From Takakia lepidozioides (lineage: Eukaryota; Plantae; Bryophyta), in contig CM060734.1 of assembly GCA_030704615.1 (NCBI GenBank), positions 39,122,001 to 39,186,000 on the forward strand: DNA of 64,000 nt. Reading direction: 5' to 3'. Made by a program: the position numbers and the translations under genes. This document shows, in pieces, positions 49,131-61,914 of this stretch; the stretch's first letter is position 1; each line of letters opens with the position of its first letter. The notes below the pieces were generated by a model. That model was not told the origin of the DNA. It saw nothing but the letters and a program-made list of their open reading frames with translations, and made no database searches.

Positions 49131-51349
49131 ATGGCAAGGGTGGAGGACCTAGGGCAGGGGAGCACTCTTAGCAATGCAGACGACGGGACGCCCTTGGTGC
49201 ATGTGTATTGGAACGATGGAATGCTGGCGCATAGCCCGGGATGCGGTGTTTTTGACGGGCTAGAAGACCCTGGTTTCTTGGCCGTGCTAGACACCCACCC
49301 TGAGAATGCTGACAGGGTGAGGAACATTAGATCCATACTAGAGAAGGGCCCAATTGCTCCCTTTATTTGTTGGCATGAAGGGCGCAGCGCAACCGTTGAG
49401 GAGCTCTATGGCTTTCATACCCCAGGTTGGTCTCAGCCAAACCGAGAGTGTATATGTGCAACGAAAACTGGCGGTAGGATGGCTGGGTTTCATGTCCAAG
49501 TTGTGTCCAGGAGAGCTAGAGCTTGCTTGGCAGCAGAATTCTGAGGTGAAGTTTGCACACTATGAATGAAGCGGATGAGAGAAAAGTAAGGTTTGTTTGA
49601 CGTCCAGCGGATTCACAGAGCCTACTGCTCAAGGCACAGGAGAGAGAAATTTGTTGGCAAAAGCAGGAAAACATGCTTGGTGTATGGAAAAAGTCATAAA
49701 CGAACAATTCTTTGAGCTTTCTCACGTGAATAGCAGAAGAATCTAGGCTCATCATACTTGTTCTAGGAGGAGTACTGCGTGGAAGAGAATGAAATTCGCT
49801 ATGTGTAACGCCCACCATCTTCAGATAGTGCCGCAGCTGGAAGCTGCGTTCACTTATCACAATTCGTAGCTGGATTCTGGTAGTGGTAGTGTAGGATCAA
49901 GGATCCGAGTACGTCTTTCTAAAGGGCCTGCCTTCCAGGTGACATGCATGTCATTGAACTGCAGAGTATGTGAACGAGCTCATTGCTGCCGATGCTGCTG
50001 GTGGCAAGCTTTTCTGCGATGGAACGTTCTTGCGATCGGGCTCCTGGGGGGCAGTCCTTTTAGCTGCCGGGTCAACACGGCAGGCAATGCAACACATTCT
50101 GGATGGCCACGGGCCATTGGCGTATGCATTGGTGCGACCTCCAGGCCACCATGCCCAGCCAACACAGCCTGATGGTTATTGCTTTATTAATAATGCCGGG
50201 CTGGCAGTGCAGCTGGCTCTTGATCAGGTAGTCTATGGCCACTCCAATCTCAGAGTGTGAGAAAGGGATTAACCTGCAGTTCTAATCAGGATATCGCCTG
50301 TAGCCATGTGCTATAGTTCACCATGCAATACTCATGGATCCTTTTTCAATGTCGTCCACACCAATGGGAAGAAACATCTATATAAACATCCCCCAGCTTA
50401 AGTTGGGGGCCACCCCAAAAGAACTATCCTCAAAAGGAGGACATCAGAAACTGGGAAAATGGGAGTACAGTGTGACAGCAAATTTGGTCACTGACAGTAC
50501 TGTTTTTCTTATATCCTCTCTTCATTGTACTAGGGCTGTGAGCGTGTGGTCGTCATTGACATTGATGCCCACTATGGAAATGGCACAGCGGAAGGTTTCT
50601 ATGATAGAAATGACGTGCTCACCATCTCTCTTCACATGAACCATGGCTCATGGGGCTCCTCGCACCCCCAGACTGGACAACCAGATGAAGTGGGTCGAGG
50701 GCAAGGCATTGGTTTCAACCTCAACGTGCCACTCCCAAACGGGACAGGAAACAAGGGCTATGAGTACGCCATGGCACAATTGGTTGTTCCAGCTGTCTCT
50801 GCATTCAAGCCCCAGATGTTTGTTTTGACCTTTGGTCAAGACTCAAGTGCTGTGAGCAAACCCAACCTCTGCTATTATTATCTTCATACGTTCTTTCCTA
50901 CCTATCATTGTGCTGGTCCTCCTTTGCCTTCTCTCAAAAATATTCCTGGTTTTCATATGGTGCAAGGACAGCTCAAATAATGGTCAGCAGTAATTATGGA
51001 CTACTCATTCTGAATTGGTGGCCTGTATTGGTGCCTGCAGTTTGATCCCAATGGGAGGATGTGTTTGACAATGGAGGGATATCGACGGCTGGGCCAGATG
51101 GTGAGAGAGCTAGCCAATGTGCACACCGGTGGCCGTGTGCTGGTTGTGCAGGAGGGAGGGTACCACATCACATATTCAGCCTATTGTGTCCATGCTACTC
51201 TTGAAGGCCTCCTCAATCTCCCCCACCCTCTTCTCTCTGACCCCTTAGGTCCTTATCCTGAGGAGATGAAATCTGCAATAGACAGAGTTGCAGAGATTAG
51301 AGACACTGTGGTCACCTCCACCTCCATTGCTCTGCACTCTAGGAATTGA
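49131..51349 (+). CDS. HDA8: Histone deacetylase, HDA8-like, 4 exons
   Basis: Exons ~49131-49425, 49964-50227, 50533-50851, 51041-51349; HPEN, RPPGHHA, GYCFINN, DIDAHYGNGT, GQDS, QEGGY. Confidence 0.93.
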
Positions 51350-51943
51350 TAATCCTCGAGTCTGTTGATTGACCCATTTCCCTTCATGTGCACAGCTTAT
51401 TGCTTCACCTCTACACAATTTTAAGTAGGAAGTCACATTGAAGATGCATTTTGTTGGCAGGTCTATGAAACCATGGTTGATGTATATGACCTACACCGTG
51501 AAAAAGAAGTGTGACAAGGATGGAGATTCCCTAGAGAAAAGAAGTGGAAGAGTAGAGAGAAGGAAGATTCTGACTGCTTGCACCGGCCAAAGACCTCCTC
51601 AGGTGATCCTGAAATCAGAATCCTGCTACCTAGTTGTGTGTGATATTATATAGTCTTCCCCTTTCTTTCCCTTGGGCGGTGATGTCCCTTGTGCTTCAGT
51701 GGCACTGCAGGTTTGTTTGAAAGAGGTTATTTTCTCTTCTCACTGTAGTTAAAGGTTCTGCTTAAGCCGCAAGTGACCCCTCCGGTGTTTCTCTACTAAT
51801 AATTAATTGAAAATAAAAGTAATTGTTGTTGAACGTCTATATGATTGTATTATCCAACCTTGTGTAAACAGTCTTCTTTTAAATCGTTTAAATGACTCAA
51901 AAAAATTTCTCATTTGATTTGTAGGCTTGCGTGTTGTGAAGCC

Positions 51944-52465
51944 TGATTCCGGCGCTATGGGCCGGACTTGACCCTATCTGGGGAATGTAGTCGGTAGAAG
52001 GGCCTGGTAGAGAAGACGGAATCTTGCTAAGTGGACGCCACAGACTTAGACCTCCAAATACTTTCATCCAACCACTCAAGCACACCGTTACGCCCAACAT
52101 ACGTTCGCGTAAGATTCAAAAGCCACCACCCCCACTGCCACGGCAGTGAGGCTTAAATAGTATTAGGTCATAATCTAATCCTAGTGCCGTGTGGCACTTA
52201 CATATGTCCACCAGATGTCCTTCCAGCATAGCCATAGAAAGAAGCCAGATCGCCCAGTCCCATCCTAATCTAATCCTAAACTAGCTATTAGAATAAGACA
52301 GCCCCTAATAAAGCCATCAGCTGTTGCCAGCTCATCCTCATGCGCAAGGTGTAAGTCCATCCAGCCTTCATCTTGGCTTCATCCATCCATTAAATCATCC
52401 GGAGCGCATCCCTCCTCCATCCATCCATGTCGAAAAGTAAGGTGAGAAGAAATCCTAGCTCCACA
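51944..52465 (-). repeat. 3' repeat (A2) of element 3
   Basis: Highly similar to 59031-59572 with a ~20-bp indel. Confidence 0.95.
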
Positions 52466-52694
52466 TATGTGAAGCCTGTTGGGGCCAGAAGAAACTGCGA
52501 GCTCCTGCGAGTGATGAGCTTAGGGAGAACAAAATGAAGCCTAGCCAAAACAAGCTACACACTCTGCACACAAGGGATGAAAAAACCTAGGGAAGAAAAT
52601 CTCACCCTGCAAGCTGGGTGGAGGACAAAACATCCCATAGGAAAAACCCCGAGTGCTACAAACGGTGCAAAAAACTAGCACGAAAGTCAAAACA

Positions 52695-55600
52695 CTACTT
52701 TAAAGAAGAGGATGTCATGTGTTGAGTGCGAGCTGTCCGAGCTGTGGGAGTGAAGATCACCTGACGGTTCTCAACATTCAAACAGGTTAGATCAAAGGTA
52801 AGAATACATGGAACAAATAGTGAAACATGAATGGAGCTAGCTAAGTGAGGAGTAGAGGCATGTTGAGGGAGCAAGACATACTGCCTGCCAGGAAGAATAT
52901 CAGAGATAAGGTAAGGGCCATCAATTCGTCGTTTAGCCTTGGAAATCTGCTTACCAGGCTGGAGTCTCACACAAACAGACTGGCCTACCTTGAATGACTC
53001 AGAATATACAACACGGCGGTTGTAATTCTTTGCCTGAGCAGCTTGAGCAAACACAATATTAGATTTGGCAGTTTCCCTCAAACGTCTTCTTCTAGCTTCC
53101 ATGGAAAGAAAAAAGACTTCCCAATTTTCAGGCTCAGTTGCCAAGACCTGCAGCCAGGAGATATGCAAAGGAGTTCTACATTTTCTATCATACAAAAGTT
53201 CAAAATGTGAGATTTTGGTACTGGCATGGATAGAAGTCTTGTAGGCAAAGAGCAGAATAAACATAGCAATATCCCATTCATCAATGAGTGTCTCATTCTT
53301 CTCGAGCATCTGGCATATAGTTTTGTTAAATCGTTCTGTCAAACCATTGCATTGGGGATTGTAGGGAGCAGTAACGACATGCTTAGTGTTGAGATTAAAC
53401 AAGACAATCTCCATAAGTTGGTTGCAGAACTCTGTACCTTGATCCGTGAGGATTTCCAGAGGGCAACCATGATGAAGAATCACCTTATCAAAGAAGAATT
53501 GCACCACTTCATCACTATCCTTAGCAACCAGAGGTCGGAGCTCAACCCATTTCGTCAGGTAGTCCGTTGCAACCGCAAGGTATGCATGGCCCTTGGACGT
53601 GGATTTAAGGGGTCCGACTAGATCTAAGCCAACCCTAGCAAATGGTTCAGTCACCGGGATTGGCTGTAAAGGCAAGGGAGCTTCGGAGCAGCTTGGATAT
53701 GTCACTAAGGTAGGTGCCGGTTTCGCACCTATGGAGAAGAGCATTGTATAATGGATCATCCATGCCTACATCATTCATGGTCACACAACAGCAGGTTAGT
53801 GTAGGCGAGAAGAAAGTGACAGCCCCCGTTCTCTTCCTTTCGTAGTCCTGACTTCATTTTCAGTTGGTTGCCAATGAGGAGGCAAGCAGGCTGTAAGGCG
53901 CAGCTCAATCCCTCGGTCAGGAAACAAACCAAGGCAGGCACAAGACAAGATGGGCAATGCTAAGGTAAGGGATAGTACCAGACCAATCTGCAGGATATCA
54001 GACCAAAATTCATGCCAATACCAGGGGAATTTCAACCAACATCAAACTGTAGAAGATCCCAAGTGTCAAACAAATCTGGAGGAACATAAGGATAATCCAG
54101 CAAATGACACAAGACATAAGGATCTGAAACAGGTACGGTAGGTGAGGGAGATCGTTCAGCAGGGGAGACAAGATCACTTAAGGTAATGTAAGGTGCAGGG
54201 ATTTTGGATTCGCCTCGAGTCAAAGCATCTACATTAACATTATCCTTCCCACGCTTGTATGAGATGGTGAAGTCATAGCCTTGCAAAATGAGAGCCCACC
54301 TAGCTAACCTACCAGTGAGTTCACGAGGAGTTAGCAAGGCTTTTAAAGGGAGATGGCCAGTTTCAATGGTAAAATGACAGCAATGTAAATACTGCCTAAA
54401 ATATTTGACGCCAAAGATAACGGCAAGGCCTTCCTTGTCAGTGATGGAGTAATTGCGCTCATGTTTATCAAGGCGGCGAGAGGCGTAGACGATAGCATGC
54501 TCATGACCATCTTGAATGTGGCTCAACACAGCAGAGATAGCTAGATCACTGGCATCAGTTTGCAAGAGAAGTGGCAAGGTAAAATCAGGATAGGCACGCA
54601 CAGGAGTAGAAGTTAGTGCAATTTTGAGCTTCTCAAATGCTGACGTTTCTGCAGTACCCCAGACAAAATGAGCATCCTTGGATAACAAGCGAGTGAGGGG
54701 AGCAGTTAACTTGGCAAACTGAAAAATGAAGCGACGATAGTAAGAACCCAAGCCTAAGAAGGCTTTAACGCATGTTTTATCCCGAGGGGCTGGATAGTTC
54801 CACACAGCTTGGATCTTTGCAGGGTCAGGACTGATGCCAGCAGCAGAAAGCAGATGGCCCAAGAAATGGAGCTGTTCCATACAGAAAACACACTTCTTGG
54901 CCTTAACCTTAAGCCCGGCTGCACGAAGTCTACACACAACCCGCTATAAATCCAATAGATGAGCATCAAACGTTGTAGAGTAAATGTTGATGTCATCTAT
55001 GTAAACCAAGGCACATTCCCGACGAAGGTTTCCTAAAACGATATCCATTAGGCGTTGAAATGTGGCAGTGGCGTTGCAAAGGCCAAAAGGCATGGTTTCA
55101 AATTGAAATAGGCCCATCCTGCAGGTGAAGGCAGTTTTCTCCTTAGCAGCAACAGTTAAATGAACTTGCCAAAAGCCAGAGGCTAAATCTAAGGAAGAGA
55201 AGATAGTGGCCCCATTAAGTTGATCGAGCGTTTCATTGATGCGTGGCAAAGGGTAAACATCCATCTTAGTGATGGCATTTAAATACCGAAAATCAACGCA
55301 AAAACGGGTTGAGCCATTCTTCTTACCCACCAAGACAATGGGACTGGCCTAAGGGGATATGGAGGGGGTGATTACACCAGCATCAAGCATTTTTGTAATC
55401 TCATCTTGAATGACCTTGCGTTCACGTACACTCTCCCTGTAGGCATGTTGTTTGATAGGCTTACTATCCGTGATGATGTCATGATCCAGAAGGGTGGTGC
55501 GGCCCAAGTCATGAAGCCATTGACTAAAGATGTCGAGATTGTCACGGAAAAACTGGTGCAGGCGATTAATCTGCTGGGGAGCAAGGTGATCACCCACCTT

Positions 55601-56700
55601 GATATCCTTTAATACTTGATGGAAATGTTGCTCTGCCTCAAGAGTAAGCGGGCCTTTGTCAGTGGAACGAGAGTGAGAGGCAAAGGCCTGGAGTTGGTCC
55701 ACATGGGAGTCCACCAGCCCAATATCATGAAGACTGAGACTTTCTGAACAGAGGTCAGCTCAGACAAATGAGTAGCAATGAGTCTAGCAAGGACCTGACC
55801 CCTACGTATACTGATGCTGATGCGTTCAGGATTACCAAGAAGTAACCTGACTTCACCTTTGAAACCTCGGTCTAAAACGCAATCAGATAGTGCTTTTGGA
55901 GGGTAAGTTTCTTCCAGCCCTCAATCTCAAGGAAATGACCTGCAGGGCAAACAAAAGCTAGACCTGTAGGTACTATGCGCTGAGAAAAAGCAGGGATGAT
56001 GAAGTCAACAGGAGAACGTAGCAAAAGAGAGTTCTTTGCCACGGGCAGTGGAGTCCAGACTTCTTACCTGGTGGAGGGAAATGCCATTGATGCAAGGTAT
56101 CACCAAGTGGGTGGAACTGGCTGAACCTGGCCCAATTATAATGCAAACCCACCTGCTCCTTCATCTGCTCAGCTTGAAGCTTGAGACGAGAATAGTTGGC
56201 CATAGAGGTCCCAGCAGCAATGGTAACATGGTTTAGATTCACCTTGTAGGGTTGCTCTTCACCATTGTGAAGACACATAACGTTATTCATGATGTCTATG
56301 CTGGCCTCTGCACCCTTCATCCAATCCAGACCCAGCAAAACTTGCTCACCCATGGTGACAATGCAGGTCAGCAAGACTGTTTTCCCACTAATGCGGATAG
56401 GTGACGAACCCAATAGGTTCATAAGCCATGCCATCAGCTATGGTAACCACAAGGCCATGAGCAGAGCCAATCTTTAATCCAAGAATGCGAACTGTACTAA
56501 GTGGAATGGCAGACATGGTACAGCCCGTATCAATAACACATGGAAAGGAAAGGTGGCCTACATGGCATTGTGTCATCAACGGGTGGATACGGTCCCGACT
56601 GACACATTTATAGGCTTCACAGTGCATAAGTTTGAAATCACGAGAAAGAACAGCACTTACCAACGTGTTGGGGTTCTTACCATGGTCATCTGGCACCCTC
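52695..56700 (-). pseudogene. pol of element 3
   Basis: VIDTGC (PR), FCVDFR / YIDD (RT), QTDAS (RH), GLDLVGP / LTDQG / NGLTER (IN); stops and frameshifts. Confidence 0.93.
55775..56030 (-). pseudogene. dUTPase-like domain between PR and RT
   Basis: LRSPVDFIIPAFSQRIVPTGLAFVCPAGHFLEI, frameshift, then CVLDRGFKGEVRLLLGN...IRRGQVLARLI. Confidence 0.72.
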
Positions 56701-56779
56701 ACAGACGACCTGGTTCGTGTAAAGTACCCTGCTGTTTCTTATCCCTTTGTAACTGTTCAATCAGGGCAAACAAGTCAGA

Positions 56780-57892
56780 TTAATAAGGGCACCACCTGGT
56801 GTAATGTTTGATGGACTTGCAAATCATGCAAGCCACCACTGAGGTCCTAGTGTCATGATGTATGCCAGCATGGGCTTTACCTTGAGTCCCGGATCTGGCA
56901 GGGACTGCAGGGTTCCAGCCTACTTCAGCCTTAAAGGCTTGCAGTTCTTCCTGGACGAAAAGAGGATAATTCATGCACAAATGGAAGGGACCAGATCTGC
57001 TGCAATACCTTTCACCCCAGGGTCCCCATCAGTAGGCTCTACACAGTGACTCTCACTAGCTAGATGAGTGTATTTCGTGTTGGCAACTTTAGACAGGCCT
57101 GCCTTAGCAGCTTTGAGACGTAACCTTTCTTCAATCAATTCCACCATCTCATCTTCAGTGGTGTAAGACTATTTTTGCAAAAATACTTTCTCAGGAGGGG
57201 GCAAGCCTTTTACAAAACATGTTTCAAAATAGCAGGTCTCTCTGATGTAATCAAAACCGACTTACAAATTGCAGTTCGTAAATCAGTGTAGTATTTCCAC
57301 ACACTGTCGCCATAGTGAAATTTTAAATCTGGTGTGGTGTAAGCTATGGGTTTTTCTTCACAAAAGAGCTTGCGCCAACTCTCTAGCTTCGACCCACGTA
57401 AGATCATTTTTTTCCTTAATGTTGGACTCAAACAGTTGCCTAGCCTCTCCCTTGAGACAAATCCGAAAGGACTTGACTTGGAATCATGGGGGAACTCCAT
57501 TCATTTTAGTGTTGATTTCAAAAAATTCCAAGAAGGACTCAAAATCCTCTCCTAAGTTGTACTCAGGGTATTGCTGCTTGTGCATTCGCTCTCCATGATC
57601 AGATTTTCGTGGAGTAGTGTCTGGAACCTCAGATTGTTTCAGCAACATCTTCAAAAGGGGGGAGGCAATTTGAAATCACCCCCATGGCTTCACACAACTC
57701 GTCCAAATCAAATGTGGGCTGAGGCACAGTCGCCGGATCTTTGTGATCTCCGGACGACTCTCCCTTTTCCATATTATTCTTTTCATTAGTTGTTGTCTCT
57801 TCCCTCTCCTCCGCTGCACGTTTGTCCAACTCACTTAGTCCCATTGTTTCTTCCGCTTCCCTTTCTAGCATAGATCTTGTAAATACAGGCAT
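56780..57892 (-). pseudogene. gag of element 3
   Basis: MPVFTRS start, PEYNLGEDFESFL, knuckle CMICKSIKHYTRWC. Confidence 0.8.
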
Positions 57893-57910
57893 GAGAAGAG
57901 AAGGACACGA

Positions 57911-58820
57911 CTACCTGTCCGAAGGAGCACTAAGCTGCGAGTCCCACCCAAACACACAGTGGGAGGTGATGAAGCGGTGCTTGTGCAGCAGATACACTCC
58001 CTCTCCCAAGAATGCCCACAGTTCTTCTTCTCCCTTGAGCCAAAAAGCCACGCGCACAATGTTGCGCACCACTTTCTCTTTCACCAACAGCGTGTGTGCA
58101 TGATATGTTTGAGCTTCTTCAGCCTTGTAGAGACCTACCGTTTCACGCCGAAAACACACCCCCGGAAAGATCAATACATCATTGGGACAGAAAGGAAATT
58201 AAGAGTTAGGGATACCCGTGATGAGCTCTTCCCAAGTGGGATCCCGAGTAGGGGCTGGCGGACTCGAGGTCTTAAATTAGCAAGCAGGATAGATGTTCCT
58301 CCCTTAACCAGTTCCCATAAGCGTAGAGGGCTCGGCTTGTGAGGAGGCATGAAGCTCTCAAGCTCCACACCCAATTCTCGACTCACAGAGAATTGTGGAA
58401 TGCCCAAGACAGCCCAGCTAAGCTTCTCACCACTCTCCAACTGCTCGTTGGCACTAGCAAGGGGGATTTGTAGAGTGACTTCCCTGGAGTGAAGTTTGAG
58501 AAGCAGGCGCACAACATAGGCCCCCTGAAGAGATTCGCGAATGCGACTGCTCTGCTCCGCTTTGGTGCGTATGGGTTTGCAGGCTTCCTTATGCGCGGTT
58601 TCCTCAAAGGTTTTGGCCCATAACTCCAAAGGCGTGTCCAGTGGGAGCTCAGGGTGTGGAATAGGTTCTCCCTCCGGGTAATCAACAAAACCAACTGCTC
58701 AGGCAACAGGTTGCGCGCAAGCTCGCAAATATAGCGAGATTCCAACGCTAGAGTTTGCTTCAAGCGCGTGACTTCGAATTGATCAAGTTCAAACCAACCA
58801 CGCTCAGAACTGGAAGCCAT
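57911..58820 (-). pseudogene. Extra ~300-aa ORF upstream of gag, disrupted, unknown function
   Basis: Three consecutive ORF pieces between PBS and gag. Confidence 0.5.
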
Positions 58821-59012
58821 GGTGTTTGTGTGCTAAACTCTCAAAACACAGAAGAACACGAGCAGGCAAACTTTCTCTCTCTCGCCTTGCGCGCAAGACA
58901 CCAGCCGTCATTTTGCCACTTCCTCTCCCTCCAATCATGCAGGATCCCCCGTACCCAATCTACTGTTCTCAATTGTTCCGTACCCACTAAATCCTTTGTC
59001 AACGATTTTAGT

Positions 59013-59030
59013 TACCCCGCATCTCCACCA
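59013..59030 (-). promoter_or_regulatory. Primer-binding site for tRNA-Ala
   Basis: TGGTGGAGATGCGGGGTA abuts the 5' repeat; complementary to the plant tRNA-Ala 3' end TACCCCGCATCTCCACCA. Confidence 0.85.
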
Positions 59031-59572
59031 TGATTCCGGTGCTATGGGTTTGTTCCCCTTCCTCTACCGGACTTGACCCTATCTGGGGAATGTAGTCGGT
59101 AGAAGGGCCTGGCAGAGAAGACGGAATCTTGCTAAGAGGACGCCACAGACTCAGACCTCCAAATATTTTCATCCAACCACTCAAGCACACCGTTACACCC
59201 AACGTACACTCGCGTAAGACTCAAAGGCCACCACCCCCACTGCCACGGCAGTGAGGCTTAAATAGTATTAGGTCATAATCTAATCCTAGTGTCGTGTGGC
59301 ACTTACACATAGGTCCACCAGATGTCCTTCCAGCATAGCCATAGAAAGAAGCCAGATCACCCAGTCCCATCCTAATCTGATCCTAAACTAGCTGTTAGAA
59401 TAAGACAACCCCTAATAAAGCCATCAGCTGTTGCCAGCTCATCCTCATGCGCAAGGTGTAAGTCCATCCAGCCTTCATCCTGGCTTCGTCCATCCCTTAA
59501 ATCATCCGGAGTGCATCCCTCCTCCATCCATCCATGTCGAAAAGTAAGGTGAGAAGGAATCCCAGCTCCACA
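59031..59572 (-). repeat. 5' repeat (A1) of element 3
   Basis: TGTGGAG...GGAATCA on the minus strand. Confidence 0.95.
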
Positions 59573-61258
59573 GTGTGTGTATTTTATTTTAAGCCAATCT
59601 TTCTTATGTGAAGCACTGAGTGGTGACCCGAAATAGGGAATTTGTATAGGAAACACCGTGACAGCAAAACTGGTACCTGCATCTGTGAGGGGCAATCCCT
59701 ACGAACCAGACATATTAGACACCCCAAGGGAAGATATTAGAAACAATAAAGAGACCAAAAGGACCCTAGCACAAACCATCATCACTGGCCAGTAGAGGGG
59801 CCAGAGCCAAACAAAAAGGCCAGCCAGCTACCAATAATCCTAAGAAAAGATGAATATTTCACCCCCATGTAAAAACTAGTGTTGTACTCGTATGTGCCAA
59901 TTGACCTGAGGTTGGGTAGCATGTGAGCACAAGCGCACATTCCAAATATTCTTAAGATGCCTTTAGCATATTCGATAACGAAACGAAAAATGAGAAACTA
60001 AAAAATTTGCGAAACTCTTTCTGACTGCTCACATAGTAGGCCCTCACAGCAACACTTAAGAAACAAGTAACCCCTATACATGATAAACATGTTGCCCTAT
60101 AGGTGTGGGATTTCCTCCCGCTATGCTCACCCGATACTAGGCCCTTTCCATGATAGACTTGAGAAAAGGGCGCTGAGACTCCAAGAGACCTTAAAGGTTG
60201 TCACGTCCCATGGATAATTTATCGAGACGAAACTCTCACTCCCGAAATTACTATTTTTTTAATTTAATTCCTCAATGCAAAATTGAAAAATTGCAAGGCT
60301 TAAACGCATGTTTGTGGCTATCTGACCAAAGCTGTCTCATTGCGATACCCTACTGCCGCCTCTCCTACCTGTTTAGGGTTTCTGGATATTGTTTCGTTTT
60401 GCGAAATTCCGGTTGATTTCATTTCTTAATGCGAAATCCGCCGCCTCTCATGTTTGTGGCTATATGACCAAAGCTTTCTCATTGCGATACCCCGCTGCCG
60501 CATGTTTAGGGTTCACGACTATAGTTTCGTTTTGCGAATTGTCGTCGAATTAGGGTTTATAGATGATTTTTTAGTTTTTCGTTAGGTGGTGAATCACACA
60601 TAATAGTTTAATATTAAAATGATTCCCTTAGTATATTACGTTTTGGCTTACAAGTAATGATTTGAAATGTATCAAATGTTCATGAATGTATAGATAGATC
60701 AGATAGTTTATTGTTTTGGTGCAACTATACCCTATAAATGCACCGTGCCTCAAAACATATAACTCCTACGACCGCGGTTTAAGAACACACAACCCCCATG
60801 AGCGTGAGTTGTGCTCACGTGAGCATGCTCACGTTATGCTCACAGGATACCAACCCCCATTGACCTGGGTAAGTGCCCGGGTCTGAGTAAAGATAGTGAA
60901 GGACCAACCAGTCTGTGGTGTCATTGAGCAAATACCTGATTGTTTGTTGAACTTAGGGTTTAAGAAAAATGACCTAACCACCTGCAAACCATACCAAACG
61001 CATAATGCTGCTGGCGACGTTGTGATTGAGACCAAGAGAGAGAGAGAAGACTCCGGCTGAAGCCGGCGTAACTAAGAGCCACTTCGATTGAGACCAATAC
61101 TAAGGGGCGAGCAATGGGAGATGGGAGGGGTAGGCATTATGACCTATGCTGCTTGTAATTTTTAATTTATTTACTGAAACCTATTTTTATGTTTTGTTTT
61201 TCTTCCTCTTTTGAGTGCATATGATGGATGTGGGGCTCAAACATAGCCGTATACATAC

Positions 61259-61914
61259 GGCTCTCATTTTAAGATAATAGCGTCCTCAATGCGCCTATGG
61301 GCCCTGCCAGTATGGCCCATGGGGTCAGCTCATAAGCCCATCGCCCATCCACCGGGTCCGCCAGGGTCCTTTGGATAGTCTAGTATCTTCTGGAGAGTCT
61401 GCTGGAGGGTCCACGTACTGACTCTGCAGAGTTCGCTAGAGAGGGTCCACTATGCAGAGATCCACCCTACAGGAGTCGACATGTAGAGTCTGTTGGTGCC
61501 CAGTCCGTTGGAAGGCTCGCCGCCGTAGAAGAACGAGGGCTTAAAAAATTCAGAAAGAACTAGTATACAAAATGAATAATTAATAACACATTACCACCTG
61601 ACCAGAATTGAACACCGAACCTTCTGCTCATTACTCGTTACTCTTAACTACCACATTACCACATTACCACATCACCTTTATACTTTCTTTTGTATGTGCA
61701 TTACCAGAGCCTATAGGCAGGTCATGGGCCCCTCTTGGTTGGGACCTATCGCAGCAGACCTCCTTGCCCGACAGACCCAACATCAACTGAGCCGCAACAG
61801 ACCCTCCGTCCGGTAGAGGCGCTCCCACCCTTCGCGACCCTCTCTGCTACACGTGGGCCCCTCCATAGGCACTTGTGTGCGCATTGAAGACACTATTATC
61901 TTATAATGAGAAGC
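61259..61914. mobile_element. Mutator-like MITE
   Basis: ~35-bp imperfect TIRs (CTCATTTTAAGATAATAGCGTCCTCAATGCGC); 9-bp TSD TATACATAC (61250-61258 / 61915-61923). Confidence 0.75.

Larger units (their letters stand above)
51935..59572 (-). mobile_element. Ty3/gypsy-like retroelement 3 (ORF0-gag-PR-dUTPase-like-RT-RH-IN), degenerate
   Basis: Direct repeats 51944-52465 and 59031-59572; termini TGTGAAGC...GCTCCACA; 4-bp TSD GTGT (51931-51934 / 59573-59576). Confidence 0.92.
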
